Below, in pieces: positions 11,905-23,107 of a DNA stretch of 64,000 bases; position 1 is the first letter of the stretch, and each line of letters opens with the position of its first letter. Both the position numbers and the translations under genes were made by a program. Source of the stretch: an uncultured delta proteobacterium (lineage in GTDB: Bacteria; Myxococcota; Myxococcia; Myxococcales; Myxococcaceae); the NCBI GenBank assembly GCA_963713045.1, contig CAVQKE010000005.1, positions 327,372 through 391,371 of the forward strand, given 5' to 3'. The notes below the pieces were generated by a model. It saw only the letters and a program-made list of their open reading frames with translations, was not told the origin of the DNA and made no database searches.

Positions 11905-13692
11905 TCAACGGCCGGCCGCCTCCTCGGCGAGGCGTGCCAATCGAACGAAACCGGCGGTCCGCGCTTCGGCAGAAAGCGCTTGGGCGCGTTGCACGCGCTC
12001 GGCGGAGCCCCGGCTGAGGGCCTGGACTTCGGCCAGCTGCACTTCGAGGAGGAGGCGCCCGGCGCCTTCCTGCTGGGCTTGGGCATGCAGCTCCGCGAGG
12101 AGGGCCGAGGCCCGGGCCGGGTTGAGAGAAGCGACTTCGGCGCGAGCCAACTCCAGCTGCGCGGACTGAAGCACCGGCCGCTGACGCGTGGCTTCGGCCG
12201 CCTCCACGGCCTCCCGCGCGGCGGCCGCCGCCGCCACCGCCTGGCCGCTCTCGCGCAGACTGCGTGCCTTGAGGCGCGCCGCCTGGGCCTTGGGCAAGGG
12301 CTCTGAGGAGAGCATTTCGATGACTTTCGTCGCTGCGGCGACGTCATGCGTGTCGAGCAGCAGCTCGGCCAACAGGGCCTGCACCGCGTCCTGGGCCACC
12401 AGCGACGTGGCTGCTTCCAAACGCTCCCGAGCGGCTGCCGGCTTGTCCTGTTCCCGCTCCACCGAGGCCGCCAGCAGCACCGGCTCGGCGGCGTTGGCGT
12501 CCTTGGAGAGAATATTCAGCGCTGTCTCGGCCATCGCTTGGGCGCGCGGCATGTCCCCGCGTTCCAGCGCCACGCGGCCAAAGGAGGCGTACACCTCGCC
12601 GTCGTTGTGGAGAATTCTCTCCGGGTAGCCCTTCACGCGCCCCAGCAGCGTTTCCGCCCGGCGCGGCTCTCCGGCCCAGAGGTAGTCCTGGGCGCCGTTG
12701 CGGGCGGCGTGCACGGCGGCATAGGTGGCGCCAAAGGTTTCGAGGAGGCCCAGCTGCCTTTCAAACTCCGTGGCCGCCGCGAGAAACTCCCGTTTCTCCT
12801 CCAGCACCGCCGCGCGCTCTCCGGCCACCCGGGCCGCCTCGAAGGGCTGATTGCCGTCCAGGTACGTCTTCTCGGCAAGCGTCAGTAGCTGCAGGGCAAC
12901 GTCGAAGTGTCCCTCCCGGGCTGCCAATAGGCTGCGCTGGCGGAGGGCCGCCGCGCGGAGGAAGCGGTTGTCGGCGCCCTCCAGCTTCGGCTCGGCGCGG
13001 TCCAAGGCCTGTTGGGCCCGGCCGTCCTCATGTTCATTGAAGGCCAGCCTGGCCTCCATCAAGTCAAAGCGCGCGTCCCGCGTCACCGGAGAGGCGCTGG
13101 CCCGTGCCCGGGCGAGGACGGCCAGAGACTCCGGCGCCGGCACACAGCCGGTGAGGAGGAGAGAGGGGTAGAGGGCCTCGAAGTTGTCCGGCTCACTGTC
13201 GCGCAGCGCGCGGGCTGCGACGGCGCACTTTTCCCACTGGTTTTGACTCCAGAAGGCATGCGGTTCGACGCGCAGGCGAATGGGCTCCGGTGCGCCCTGG
13301 GACAGGCGGACCGCGTCCTGCATTGCCTGGACGACGTCGGTGCTGTTGCCGAGGAAGTAGAGGGCCACGGTGCGCCGCAGGGGCGCCAGGGCGAAGGCCG
13401 GGTCCAGCTGCGAGGCCTTCTGGAAAAGTGGCACCGCCTCGGCCCACCGGTACTGCCGCATGCGCGCCATGCCTTCGCGGTAGGCGTCGGCGGCGGCCGG
13501 CGCGGGCGGCCGCGCCTGCAGGGCGCGCGCATCCGGGTCCGCCTGCGCTAGTCCATCGGCCTGCCGGCGAAGGGACACCACCCACACGAGGCCCAACGCC
13601 AGGCAGGCAGCGCTCAGCGCCAGGGCGAGAGTGCGGTAACCGGTGGAGGCCGGGCGCGGCCCGGCCTGCGGAGGGGTGGCGCTCACGGGCAA
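11905..13692 (-). CDS. Membrane-anchored TPR-like helical repeat protein
   Basis: N-terminal TM (LALALSAACLALGLVWVV), then Ala/Leu-rich helical repeats (AYREGM..FQKASQLDPAFALA). Confidence 0.7.
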   Translation of the reverse strand: MPVSATPPQAGPRPASTGYRTLALALSAACLALGLVWVVSLRRQADGLAQADPDARALQARPPAPAAADAYREGMARMRQYRWAEAVPLFQKASQLDPAFALAPLRRTVALYFLGNSTDVVQAMQDAVRLSQGAPEPIRLRVEPHAFWSQNQWEKCAVAARALRDSEPDNFEALYPSLLLTGCVPAPESLAVLARARASASPVTRDARFDLMEARLAFNEHEDGRAQQALDRAEPKLEGADNRFLRAAALRQRSLLAAREGHFDVALQLLTLAEKTYLDGNQPFEAARVAGERAAVLEEKREFLAAATEFERQLGLLETFGATYAAVHAARNGAQDYLWAGEPRRAETLLGRVKGYPERILHNDGEVYASFGRVALERGDMPRAQAMAETALNILSKDANAAEPVLLAASVEREQDKPAAARERLEAATSLVAQDAVQALLAELLLDTHDVAAATKVIEMLSSEPLPKAQAARLKARSLRESGQAVAAAAAAREAVEAAEATRQRPVLQSAQLELARAEVASLNPARASALLAELHAQAQQEGAGRLLLEVQLAEVQALSRGSAERVQRAQALSAEARTAGFVRLARLAEEAAGR

Positions 13693-13755
13693 CAGGCAGC
13701 CTAGCGTCCAGCGCGGTGGTGCGTCGACGGCGCCAACCCGCTGCGTCGACGCGCT

Positions 13756-14931
13756 TCAGGGGACGGACGGCCAGAGGAAACGCGCCTCCACCCGGACGTC
13801 GCTTCCAAGCTGCGTCACGTCGTCCACCGCCAGCGGCACCGCGTCCGTCATGTGCGCCAGGCCCAGCGGGCCCAGCCAGGACAGCCCTTCTGCGCCCAGC
13901 AGCTTGGGCGCGAGGTACAGCACCAGCGTGTCCGGCAGTCTGGCTAGTACCAGCGCTGAAAACAGCCTGGCGCCGCCTTCCACCAAAACGTGCAGGGCCC
14001 CCTCCTCCACCAACCGCCGCAGCAGCGCCGTCAACTGCAGCCCTTCGGCCGCCCGGGGCACGCCCCACACCTGGGCGCCCGTCGGCGCCAGCCGCGCGGC
14101 AAGCCCGGCCGCCGCGTCCTCGGCTGTCACCACCACCGTCCGGTGAGGCTCCACCTGGTGCAGCACCCGGGCGTCCAGCGGCAGGGTGCCTTGCGTGTCC
14201 AGCACCAGGCGCAGCGGGTTTGGGCCTTGCCCGGAAGCAAGCCGGGTCGTCAGCCGCGGATTGTCCGCGCGCACCGTCCCACCGCCGACGAGGATGGCGT
14301 CCACCTGGCTGCGCAGCCGGTGCACGTCCGCGCGCGCCTCCTCGCCGCTGACCCAGCGCGAATCTCCACCGGCAGCGGCCAGTTTTCCGTCCAGTGTCAC
14401 CGCGGCTTTCAACGTCACCAGCGGCAGTCCGGTGCGCATCGCTTTGAAGAAGGGGCCATTCAGCGCGTCGGCCTCGGCCTGCAGCACCCCGGTCCACACC
14501 GGCAGCCCGGCGGCGCGGAGCCGGGCCAGCCCCTTGCCATTCACCAGGGGGTTGGGGTCGGTGGAGGCGGACACCACGCGGGCCACGCCTGCGTCCAGAA
14601 TGGCGCGGGTGCAGGGCGGGGTGCGGCCCCAGTGGTCGCACGGTTCCAGCGTGGTGTAGAGGTCCGCCCCGCGCGCCAGAGAGCCCGCTTCTTCCAGCGC
14701 CACCACTTCTGCATGCGGCGCCCCGGCATGTGCATGGTGGCCGCGGCCCACCACCACAGCGTCTCGGACCACCACCGCGCCGACACACGGGTTGGGGTGG
14801 GTCCGGCCGAAGGCGCGCCGGGCCTCCACCAGCGCCTCGCCCATGAAGCGCTCCGCCAGCGGCGGGGGCGGGCCGTCAGGACTTCCCGGAGCGCTCGCGC
14901 TTACGGACGGGGGGACGGGTGGGGTCATCAA
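13756..14931 (-). CDS. ribD: Riboflavin biosynthesis deaminase/reductase RibD (start uncertain; this start overlaps nrdR)
   Basis: [36 protein letters not shown]. Confidence 0.95.
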   Translation of the reverse strand: MMTPPVPPSVSASAPGSPDGPPPPLAERFMGEALVEARRAFGRTHPNPCVGAVVVRDAVVVGRGHHAHAGAPHAEVVALEEAGSLARGADLYTTLEPCDHWGRTPPCTRAILDAGVARVVSASTDPNPLVNGKGLARLRAAGLPVWTGVLQAEADALNGPFFKAMRTGLPLVTLKAAVTLDGKLAAAGGDSRWVSGEEARADVHRLRSQVDAILVGGGTVRADNPRLTTRLASGQGPNPLRLVLDTQGTLPLDARVLHQVEPHRTVVVTAEDAAAGLAARLAPTGAQVWGVPRAAEGLQLTALLRRLVEEGALHVLVEGGARLFSALVLARLPDTLVLYLAPKLLGAEGLSWLGPLGLAHMTDAVPLAVDDVTQLGSDVRVEARFLWPSVP

Positions 14932-15373
14932 GTAGGTCCTTCAACTCAGTCATGAATTCGGCAATGTCCCGGAAGCTTCGGTAGACGGACGCGAAACGGA
15001 CGTACGCCACCTCGTCCAGCTCCCGCAACCGCCGCATGACGTCCTCCCCCACGGCGCTGGAGGGAATCTCCTTCTCCCCCAAGGCCTGCAGGCGCCCCTC
15101 CACCGCACTCACCAGCTCCTCCAGCTGGTCCATCGACACCGGGCGCTTCTCGACCGCCTTCTTCAGCCCCAGAAGCAGCTTGTCTCGGTCGAAAGGCTCC
15201 CGCCGGCCGTCCTTCTTCACCACCAGCGGCATCAACTCCTCCACCCTCTCATAGGTGGTGAAGCGGCGCTTGCAGCCGAGGCACTCCCTGCGTCGCCGCG
15301 TCACCGCGCCTTCCTGCGACTCGCGCGAGTCGAGCACCTTGTTTTCCGCGCGGTGACAGTAGGGGCAGCGCAT
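14876..15373 (-). CDS. nrdR: Transcriptional repressor NrdR
   Basis: [23 protein letters not shown] zinc ribbon, ATP cone, [10 protein letters not shown]. Confidence 0.97.
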   Translation of the reverse strand: MRCPYCHRAENKVLDSRESQEGAVTRRRRECLGCKRRFTTYERVEELMPLVVKKDGRREPFDRDKLLLGLKKAVEKRPVSMDQLEELVSAVEGRLQALGEKEIPSSAVGEDVMRRLRELDEVAYVRFASVYRSFRDIAEFMTELKDLLDDPTRPPVRKRERSGKS

Positions 15374-15414
15374 TTCTGTTGTGGGCTGCCTGCCCGCCCG
15401 GGCCCCGGGGGCGG

Positions 15415-16668
15415 CTAGAGCCGTCCGGCGTAGAGGGGGAAGCTTCGCGCCATCTCCTTCACCTTGCCACGCACTCGGGCCAGCGCGCCCTCGTCGGCGG
15501 CATGGTCGAGGGCCTCCGAGAGGAGCGCCCCCACCTGCGCCATTTCCGCTTCTTTCATCCCGCGCGTGGTGAGGGCCGGCGTCCCGACGCGAATGCCGGA
15601 CGTCACCATCGGCTTCTCCGGGTCAAAGGGAATCATATTCTTGTTGACGGTGATTCCCGCCTTGTCGAGTGCCGCTTCGGCGACCTTGCCGGTGAGGTGC
15701 TTGGGGCGCAGGTCCACCAGCATCAAATGGGTGTCGGTGCCGCCGGAGACGAGGCGGCAGCCGCCCTGTGCCAGCGCCTCGGCCAGCGCCGCGGCATTGC
15801 GGACAATCTGCCGCTGGTAGTCGCGGAAGTCCGGGCTGAGCGCCTCCTGGAAGGCGACGGCTTTGGCAGCAATCACGTGCATCAGTGGGCCGCCCTGAAT
15901 GCCCGGAAACACCTGACTATTGATGGCCTTGGCGTAAGCCTCCTTGGACAGCACCAGGCCCCCGCGGGGACCGCGCAGCGTCTTGTGGGTGGTGCTGGTC
16001 ACCACTTCGGCCAGTGGCACCGGAGAGGGGTGCACTCCGGCCGCCACCAGCCCGGCAATGTGCGCCATGTCCACCACCATCGCCGCGCCGGCTTCGTCGG
16101 CCACCTCACGGAAGGCGGCAAAGTCCAGCGTCCGCGAATAGGCCGAGGCGCCCACCACCAGCACCTTGGGGTGGGCCTCCAGCGCCAGGCGGCGCACCTG
16201 CGCCATGTCAATGCGTTCCGTCTTGGGGTCCAGGCCGTAGTGCACCACCCGGTACAGCTTCCCGGAGAAATTCAGTGGCATCCCGTGGGTGAGGTGGCCG
16301 CCGGAGTTGAGGTCCAAGGAAAGCAGCGTGTCCCCTGGGGCCATCAGCGCCATGTAGGCCGCCATGTTGGCCTGGCTTCCGGAGTGCGGCTGGACGTTGA
16401 CCGCCTCGGCGCCAAACAGCGCGCGGGCGCGCTGAATGGCGAGGGACTCCACGACGTCCACCACTTCGCAGCCCCCGTAGTACCGCCGGCCGGGGTAGCC
16501 CTCGGCGTACTTGTTGGTCAGCACCGAGCCGGCGGCAGCCAACACCGCGCGGCTGACGAAGTTTTCCGAGGCGATGAGCTCCAGCCCCTCCTCCTGGCGA
16601 AGCATCTCGCGCCGAATGGCGTCGGAAATCTCCGGGTCAACCTGGGCGAGCGTGGGGGCAGGGTCCAT
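15415..16668 (-). CDS. glyA: Serine hydroxymethyltransferase
   Basis: [35 protein letters not shown] 16668 chosen as start. Confidence 0.97.
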   Translation of the reverse strand: MDPAPTLAQVDPEISDAIRREMLRQEEGLELIASENFVSRAVLAAAGSVLTNKYAEGYPGRRYYGGCEVVDVVESLAIQRARALFGAEAVNVQPHSGSQANMAAYMALMAPGDTLLSLDLNSGGHLTHGMPLNFSGKLYRVVHYGLDPKTERIDMAQVRRLALEAHPKVLVVGASAYSRTLDFAAFREVADEAGAAMVVDMAHIAGLVAAGVHPSPVPLAEVVTSTTHKTLRGPRGGLVLSKEAYAKAINSQVFPGIQGGPLMHVIAAKAVAFQEALSPDFRDYQRQIVRNAAALAEALAQGGCRLVSGGTDTHLMLVDLRPKHLTGKVAEAALDKAGITVNKNMIPFDPEKPMVTSGIRVGTPALTTRGMKEAEMAQVGALLSEALDHAADEGALARVRGKVKEMARSFPLYAGRL

Positions 16669-16733
16669 GGCGGGCGGGCACTCTACCCCAGGAGCGCGAC
16701 GTCCCGAGGGTTGGGGCGCCGCGCTTCCAGCCA

Positions 16734-17993
16734 CTACTTGAAGCGCTTGAAAATCAGCACGCCGTTGGTGCCGCCGAAGCCGAAGGAGTTGCTGAGGACG
16801 GCATTGACGCGGACTTCGCGCGGGGCGTTGGGCACGTAGTCCAAGTCACATTCCGGGTCTGGCGTCATGTAGTTGGCGGTGGGGGGAATCACCCCGCGGG
16901 CCAGGGCCAGGGCGCACACCACCGCTTCGGCGCCGCCGGCCGCTCCCAGCATGTGGGCCGTCATCGACTTGGTGGAGCTGACCATCAGCTTGTAGGCATG
17001 CGCGCCGAAGACGGACTTGATGGCCTTCGTCTCGTTGGCGTCGTTGAAGGGGGTGGAGGTGCCGTGGGCGTTGATGTAGCCAATTTCCTCGGGGGCCATG
17101 CCGGCGTCGCGCAGGGCGAGCCGCATGCAGCGGGCGGCCCCCTCCCCTTCGGGCGCGGGCTGCGTTTCGTGGAAGGCGTCGGAATTGGCGCCGTAGCCCA
17201 CCACCTCCGCAAGAATGGTGGCGCCCCGCCGGCGCGCGTGTTCCAGCTCCTCCAACACCACCACCCCCGCCCCTTCCCCCATCACGAAGCCGTCGCGGTC
17301 GCGGTCGAAAGGCCGGCTGGCGTGCTCCGGGTCGTCGTTTCGGGTGCTGAGGGCCTTCATCACCGCGAAGCCGCCGATGGACAGTGGGGTGATGGAAGCC
17401 TCGGCGCCGCCGGCGATGGCGGCGTCGGTTTCGCCAATGCGGATGGACTTCAGGGCCTCGCCGATGGCGTGCGCGCTGGTGGCGCAAGCCGACACCGGAG
17501 ACCAGTTGGGCCCCTTGGCGCCGTAGCGGATGCTGACGTGGCCCGGGGCCATGTTAATAATCATCTGCAGGATGAAGAAGGGCGAGATGCGGTCGAAGCC
17601 CTTCTCCAGCGCGCGCTTGTGCTGTTCCTCGAGGGAGCCAATGCCGCCGATGCCGGAGCCGATGATGACCGCGACCTTCTCGGCTTCGTAGCCGTGGGGC
17701 TTGTCGGTGCCGATGGGCAAGCCGCTCTCGCGCATCGCCATCTCCGAGGCGGCCATCGCGTACTGGCTGAAGAGGTCCATCCGCCGCCACTCGCGGCGTT
17801 CCATCCCCCAGTCCTCGGGGTTGAAGTCCTTGACTTCGCCGGCGATGCGCGCCGACAGCTGGCTCGGGTCAAACTTGGTGACCGGACCGACGCCTGACTT
17901 TCCGGCGAGCAGGCCCGACCAGGACTTCTCCGTCCCAGTGCCCAGGGCGGTAATCAGGCCAGTACCGGTGATGACGACGCGGCGAGGAGCCAT
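16734..17993 (-). CDS. fabF: 3-oxoacyl-ACP synthase II
   Basis: [29 protein letters not shown]. Confidence 0.97.
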   Translation of the reverse strand: MAPRRVVITGTGLITALGTGTEKSWSGLLAGKSGVGPVTKFDPSQLSARIAGEVKDFNPEDWGMERREWRRMDLFSQYAMAASEMAMRESGLPIGTDKPHGYEAEKVAVIIGSGIGGIGSLEEQHKRALEKGFDRISPFFILQMIINMAPGHVSIRYGAKGPNWSPVSACATSAHAIGEALKSIRIGETDAAIAGGAEASITPLSIGGFAVMKALSTRNDDPEHASRPFDRDRDGFVMGEGAGVVVLEELEHARRRGATILAEVVGYGANSDAFHETQPAPEGEGAARCMRLALRDAGMAPEEIGYINAHGTSTPFNDANETKAIKSVFGAHAYKLMVSSTKSMTAHMLGAAGGAEAVVCALALARGVIPPTANYMTPDPECDLDYVPNAPREVRVNAVLSNSFGFGGTNGVLIFKRFK

Positions 17994-18005
17994 TACGGCC
18001 AGGGC

Positions 18006-18248
18006 CTACTTCTTGTGGGAGTTGATGTAGTTGATGGCATCCCCGACGGTCTTGATGTTTTCGGCTTCCTCGTCGGGAATCTCCACCTCGAATTCCTCTT
18101 CCATCGCCATCACCAGCTCGACGATGTCGAGGCTGTCCGCCCCGAGGTCTTCGATGAACGACGACTCCGGCTTAATCTCATCCTCACCCACCCCCAGTTG
18201 GTCGGCGATGATGGACTTGACCTTCGCCTCGATAGCGCTCGTCGACAT
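18006..18248 (-). CDS. acpP: Acyl carrier protein
   Basis: [14 protein letters not shown]. Confidence 0.98.
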   Translation of the reverse strand: MSTSAIEAKVKSIIADQLGVGEDEIKPESSFIEDLGADSLDIVELVMAMEEEFEVEIPDEEAENIKTVGDAINYINSHKK

Positions 18249-18334
18249 GTCGTTGCCTCCGGTACTTCCTCGGTCCTCTTGAACGCCGCCGGCGAGGACC
18301 CGTTCTCGGCCGGCGCGTATAACAGGCGGCCCTG

Positions 18335-19075
18335 CTACATGTACATGCCGCCGTTGACTCGCAACACTTCTCCCGTGGTGTAGGACGCGGCGTCACTGGC
18401 CAAAAACAGCACCGCCTGGGCGACTTCCTCGGCCCTCCCCAGCCGCCCGAGCGGAATGAGGGTGAGAAGTCGGTTACGCATCTCCGCTGAAAGCTTCGAC
18501 GTCATGTCGGTGTCGATGAAGCCTGGGGACACCGCGTTGACGCGGATGTTACGGCTGGCAAGTTCATGCGCCAGGGCCTTGGTCAGCCCCACCAGCCCGG
18601 CCTTGCTGGCGGCATAGGCGGCCTGGCCGGCGTTCCCCGTCTCGCCCACCACCGAGGCGAGGTTGATGATGGCACCGCTGCGCTGCTTCATCATCGGCCG
18701 CGCCGCGGCCCGTGACAGCGCGAAGGCCCCTTTGAGGTTGGTGTCCAGCTGCCGGTCCCAATCCTCATCCTTGACGCGCACCAACAGGCCATCCACCGCC
18801 ACCCCGGCGTTGTTCACCAGCACGTCCAGCCGTCCGTAGTCGCGGACGACGTCTTCGACGCAGACCGCACCGGCCGCGGTATCCGCCACGTCGAATTTCA
18901 CCGCCCGGCAAGCCGGCCCAGCCAGCCGCACCGTGTCCTCGGCCGCCGCTTGATTGCCGGCGTAGCTGAACACCACCTTGGCCGAGGCTTTGGCGAAGGC
19001 CAGCACGCACGCGCGGCCAATCCCCCGCGAGCCGCCGGTCACCAGCACCACCTTGCCCGAGAAGTCCCAATTCAA
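18335..19075 (-). CDS. fabG: 3-oxoacyl-ACP reductase
   Basis: [24 protein letters not shown]. Confidence 0.96.
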   Translation of the reverse strand: MNWDFSGKVVLVTGGSRGIGRACVLAFAKASAKVVFSYAGNQAAAEDTVRLAGPACRAVKFDVADTAAGAVCVEDVVRDYGRLDVLVNNAGVAVDGLLVRVKDEDWDRQLDTNLKGAFALSRAAARPMMKQRSGAIINLASVVGETGNAGQAAYAASKAGLVGLTKALAHELASRNIRVNAVSPGFIDTDMTSKLSAEMRNRLLTLIPLGRLGRAEEVAQAVLFLASDAASYTTGEVLRVNGGMYM

Positions 19076-19078
19076 GCG

Positions 19079-20014
19079 CTACCCCTTGCCCACGGCGGCG
19101 AGGGCCTTCTCAAGAGAGGCGACATCCTCCACATTCAGCACCTCCAGCTGACGGCTGGTACTTCGCACCAGTCCACTCAGCACGCGGCCGGGGCCAAGCT
19201 CCACCATCCGCGTCACCCCGGCGGCCGCCATCGCCTGGACGGACTGCACCCACCGCACCGGCGCCGTCACCTGCTGGAGGAGCAGTGGCACCACCCGGCT
19301 GGTGTCCGTGTTGGGCCTGGCCTCGACGTTGGTCACCACCGGGACGCGCACCGCACCCACCCGCACCGTGGCGAGGATGTCCTTGAGCCGTGGCACCACC
19401 GGCGCCATCAGCGCGCAGTGGAAGGGCGCTGAGACATTGAGGGGCACCACCCGCTTGGCCCCGGCTTCTTTGAAGTGCGGAGCCGCCCGCTCCACCGCCC
19501 GCGCGTGTCCCGCCACCACCGTCTGTTCCGGGGTGTTGTAGTTGGCCGGCGCCAGGACATCCTCGCCGGCCAGCTGCTGGCACAAGGCCGTCACCCGCGC
19601 GGCGTCCAGGCCGAGGACGGCGGCCATCGCCCCCTCTCCCTTGGGGACAGCTTCCTGCATGAAGCGGCCCCGCGCCCGCACCGCCCGCGCCGCGTCCGCC
19701 AACCCGAGGGCGCCGGCGGCAACCAGCGCTGAATACTCTCCCAAGGAATGCCCGGCCAGATGGCTCGGCCCCTCCGCCCGGGCCGCCCACACCGCATGCG
19801 CCGCCAAGCTGACGGCGAGAATGGCGGGCTGGGTGTTGGCGGTGAGGGTCAGCGCGTCCGCTGGGCCGTCGAAGCACAGCCCAGAGAGGGATTCGGAGAG
19901 GGCATCGTCGACGGCAGCAAACACCGCGCGGGCCTCGGGGAAGGCTTTGGCCAGCGCTTGCCCCATCCCCACCGCCTGAGAGCCCTGGCCCGGGAAAAGA
20001 AAGGCTGTGGACAT
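19079..20014 (-). CDS. fabD: Malonyl-CoA:ACP transacylase
   Basis: FPGQGSQ, GHSLGEY, SAPFH; ATG 20014. Confidence 0.96.
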   Translation of the reverse strand: MSTAFLFPGQGSQAVGMGQALAKAFPEARAVFAAVDDALSESLSGLCFDGPADALTLTANTQPAILAVSLAAHAVWAARAEGPSHLAGHSLGEYSALVAAGALGLADAARAVRARGRFMQEAVPKGEGAMAAVLGLDAARVTALCQQLAGEDVLAPANYNTPEQTVVAGHARAVERAAPHFKEAGAKRVVPLNVSAPFHCALMAPVVPRLKDILATVRVGAVRVPVVTNVEARPNTDTSRVVPLLLQQVTAPVRWVQSVQAMAAAGVTRMVELGPGRVLSGLVRSTSRQLEVLNVEDVASLEKALAAVGKG

Positions 20015-20028
20015 GGCCGCGCTTCCTC

Positions 20029-21012
20029 TTACCAGCGCACCACAGCGCTGCCCCAGGCCATGCCGGCACCGATGGCCATCAACGCAAGAATGTCTCCCGG
20101 CTGCAGCCGGCCGGCGCGGTTGGCCTCGTCCAGGGTAATCGGCAAGGAAGCCGAGGACGTGTTGCCGTAGCGGGCAATGTTGAGCCAGCACTTCTCAATG
20201 GGAATGCCCAGCCTGTCCATGATGGATTCAATAATTCTCAGGTTCGCCTGGTGGGCGATGACGTGGTCGACGTCGTCGACGGACATGCCGTTGGCCGTCA
20301 GCGCCTCCAGCACCGCGTCGGGCATGGCCCGGACGGCGTACTTGTAAATCTCGCGTCCCTGCATCGCGACCTTGTTCAGCTTCTTCTGCAGCACTTCCTC
20401 AGACTGCGGGTATTTGCTTCCCCCGCCTGGGATGCAGAGGGTGTTGGCGGCTGAGCCGTCGGTGTGCAGATGGACGGACAGCAGCCCACGGTTGGGGTCG
20501 TCGGACGGGCCCACCACCATCGCCCCGGCCGCATCCCCGAAGAGGACGCAGGTGTTGCGGTCCGTCCAGTCAATCAGCCGGCTCAGGAGCTCCACCCCCA
20601 CCACCAGCGCGCGCTTGACCCTACCCGTCTGGATGAATTGGTCGGCGACCGCCAGGGCGTAGAGGCTGCCGGCGCAGGCGGCCGAGACGTCAAAGGCGAA
20701 GGCGTGCTTCGCGCCCAGCTTGTGCTGGACGAAGGCTGCACAGGACGGCATCGGCATGTCCGGGGAAATGGTGCCGACGACAATCATCTCCACTTCATCC
20801 GCCCGGGTATGGGCCATCTCCAAGGCCCGCACCGAGGCTTTGACGGCCATGTCGGACGTTAACTCCCCGTCGGCTGCAATCCGGCGCTCGCGGATGCCGG
20901 TCCGCTCGGTAATCCAGCTGTCCGAGGTGGCGACCATCCTCTCCAGCTGGTGGTTGTCGAGAACCTTTTCCGGGGCGTAGCCCCCGGTCCCGAGAATCCG
21001 CGTCCGAAACAC
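20029..21012 (-). CDS. fabH: 3-oxoacyl-ACP synthase III
   Basis: AACAG, LFGDAAGA, HQAN, GNTSSAS. Confidence 0.96.
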   Translation of the reverse strand: MFRTRILGTGGYAPEKVLDNHQLERMVATSDSWITERTGIRERRIAADGELTSDMAVKASVRALEMAHTRADEVEMIVVGTISPDMPMPSCAAFVQHKLGAKHAFAFDVSAACAGSLYALAVADQFIQTGRVKRALVVGVELLSRLIDWTDRNTCVLFGDAAGAMVVGPSDDPNRGLLSVHLHTDGSAANTLCIPGGGSKYPQSEEVLQKKLNKVAMQGREIYKYAVRAMPDAVLEALTANGMSVDDVDHVIAHQANLRIIESIMDRLGIPIEKCWLNIARYGNTSSASLPITLDEANRAGRLQPGDILALMAIGAGMAWGSAVVRW

Positions 21013-21057
21013 CGTCGTTCCTTTCCTGAAAGCAGTCCCTGCCCAACTCTCGTACCC

Positions 21058-22110
21058 TCAAAAGGGCTCTGGTGTCTTCCCTTTCGCCTTGACGGCCCGC
21101 GTCGGAAGCCACCCACGCGCCTGGGCAATGGCCGACGCCAGCTTGCCTTCCAAATCCGCCTCCACTGTCCGGCGTGCCACGCGTAGCGCCGAAGCAATGG
21201 CGCGCGGGCTGGAACGGCCGTGGGCCACCACGGCCGTTCCGGCAATGCCCAACAATGGCACCCCGCCCACTTCCGAAGCGTCGACCAGACGCCCCAGCCC
21301 AGCCAAGGTGGGACGCAGCAGCAGGCCCCCCAACCTGGACGGCAAATGCGCCTGGTGCACAGCCTGTTGCAGCAGCCCAGTCAGCCCAGCGGCCACACCT
21401 TCGGAGGCCTTCAGCACGGCGTTACCGGTGAAGCCGTCCGTCACCAGCACGTCGAAGGCCCCGCTGAATAAGTCCTTCCCTTCGCCGTAGCCGCGAAAGT
21501 CCAGCGCACTTTGCTTGAGGAGGGCCAGCGCGCCGCGCGTCAGCGGCGTCCCCTTGCTTTCCTCCTCGCCGTTGCTGAGGACGGCGACGCGCGGGCTGGT
21601 GACGCCGTGGCAGGCGTGCACGTAGGCCGCGCCCAGCACGGCGAATTGGGCCAGCTGCCCCACCCGGCATTCGGCGTTGGCCCCGACGTCCAGAAGAAGG
21701 CAGCGGCCGGTGGCGCCGAGGGCCGGGAAGAGGGCGGCCAGGGCCGGGCGTTCCACCCCGGGCAGCCGTCCCAGCACCGCCAGGGCGGCGGCCATCGCCG
21801 CACCGGAATGGCCGGCAGTGACGACGGCGTCCGCCTGCTTGGCACGCACCAATTCGAAGCACACCCGCACCGAGGCGTCGCGCTTGGCGCGGACGGCGGC
21901 CAGGGCAAACTCCTCCATGCCCACCACTTGGGAGGCGGGGTGCAGGCGCAGGTTGGCTGGAAGCTTGGGCGGAAGGAAGGGCCGGACCCGGACCTCCTCA
22001 CCCACCAGCACCAGGGTGACGTCCGGGTGTGCGGCGGCGAAGTGGAGCGCGCCGGCGACGACGGTGGCGGGGGCTGCATCGCCGCCCATCGCGTCGAGGG
22101 CCAGGCGCAC
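21058..22110 (-). CDS. plsX: Phosphate acyltransferase PlsX
   Basis: LDAMGGD, LDVGAN, NGEEESKG, DGFTGN, HGRS. Confidence 0.95.
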   Translation of the reverse strand: MRLALDAMGGDAAPATVVAGALHFAAAHPDVTLVLVGEEVRVRPFLPPKLPANLRLHPASQVVGMEEFALAAVRAKRDASVRVCFELVRAKQADAVVTAGHSGAAMAAALAVLGRLPGVERPALAALFPALGATGRCLLLDVGANAECRVGQLAQFAVLGAAYVHACHGVTSPRVAVLSNGEEESKGTPLTRGALALLKQSALDFRGYGEGKDLFSGAFDVLVTDGFTGNAVLKASEGVAAGLTGLLQQAVHQAHLPSRLGGLLLRPTLAGLGRLVDASEVGGVPLLGIAGTAVVAHGRSSPRAIASALRVARRTVEADLEGKLASAIAQARGWLPTRAVKAKGKTPEPF

Positions 22111-22293
22111 CTAGTCGACCTTGACGACCTCACGGCCCTTGTAAAAGCCACAGGCCGGGCAAGCGCGGTGCGGCAGCACCGGCTCCTTGCATTGGGGGCA
22201 GGCAATGACTTGCACCGCCACTTTGAGGTTGCTGTTCGCGGCGCGTCGACGGTTGCGCCGCGTCTTGGAAGTCCGCTTCTTGGGAACGCCCAT
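22111..22293 (-). CDS. rpmF: 50S ribosomal protein L32
   Basis: GVPKKRTSK, CPQC..PHRACPACGFY. Confidence 0.97.
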   Translation of the reverse strand: MGVPKKRTSKTRRNRRRAANSNLKVAVQVIACPQCKEPVLPHRACPACGFYKGREVVKVD

Positions 22294-22310
22294 GGTGTTT
22301 TCCAGCTTTC

Positions 22311-22883
22311 CTAATTCAGCTTGATGTCTTTGAGGACCGCCAGTCGCGGGTCCACCCGCTTGCTTTCACAGCCGCAAGCCGCCTCGTTCAAATTCTGGCC
22401 GCACATGCCGCACAGCCCGCGGCAGTCCTCGCGGCAAACCACCTGCATGGGCAGCGCCAGCAATACCTGCTCGCGCACAATGGGGTCCAGGTCAATCTGC
22501 TTGCCGTGGTAGGTGTCCAAGTCCGCCTGGGCCAATTCAAAGCTTCCGCTCGACTCGGCCTCGCTGCCCTCGGCGTCCTCGCTGTCCGTCCGATGCTCTC
22601 TCTGCGCCGAGGCGGGGACTAGGTTCAGCGTGAAGCGCACCGGCACCGTCAGCTGGACGTCCGCCGCGCAGCGCTTGCACGGTGCCGACACCGGCAGCTC
22701 CGCCTGCCCCTCCAAAAGCACCCCGCCGGACGTCCGCACCAGCTTCGCTTCCAGCGAAGAAGCCCCCTCGGCGTGAAAGCCCTCGCGGACCGCGTCGGCG
22801 AGGACCGCGGCCAGAAAGGCCTGGGCGAGGGGCTGGGTGAGGGTGAGGCCTCCCTCGCGAATCTGCTCGACTTGGACAACCAT
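22311..22883 (-). CDS. yceD: YceD/DUF177 family protein
   Basis: CKRC, LALPM...CREDCRGLCGMCGQNLN, DPRL; upstream of rpmF. Confidence 0.92.
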   Translation of the reverse strand: MVVQVEQIREGGLTLTQPLAQAFLAAVLADAVREGFHAEGASSLEAKLVRTSGGVLLEGQAELPVSAPCKRCAADVQLTVPVRFTLNLVPASAQREHRTDSEDAEGSEAESSGSFELAQADLDTYHGKQIDLDPIVREQVLLALPMQVVCREDCRGLCGMCGQNLNEAACGCESKRVDPRLAVLKDIKLN

Positions 22884-22991
22884 GCGGGACCGCCACCGGG
22901 GGGGAACACCCCTGGCGGAAAAGGGCGCGCAACTTAGGCGCGGCAGGGGCCTGCTGTCAACGCGTGGCCGTAACGCCTCTGAGGACGCTGT

Positions 22992-23007
22992 GACACCAAA
23001 GCGTCAC
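22992..23007 (+). promoter_or_regulatory. Putative Pho box upstream of phoB
   Basis: GACACCAAAGCGTCAC: two half-sites 11 bp apart, 14/16 identical to the box upstream of pstS. Confidence 0.6.
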
Positions 23008-23107
23008 CGGCTCAGTGGGAGGGGTCTGCTAGGTGTCTCTCGCCATCCCTCCAGGCAGGGGAGACCGTCCCCCGCCTTACCGTCCTTCCCGGGAAGTGAG
23101 AGCGCCT

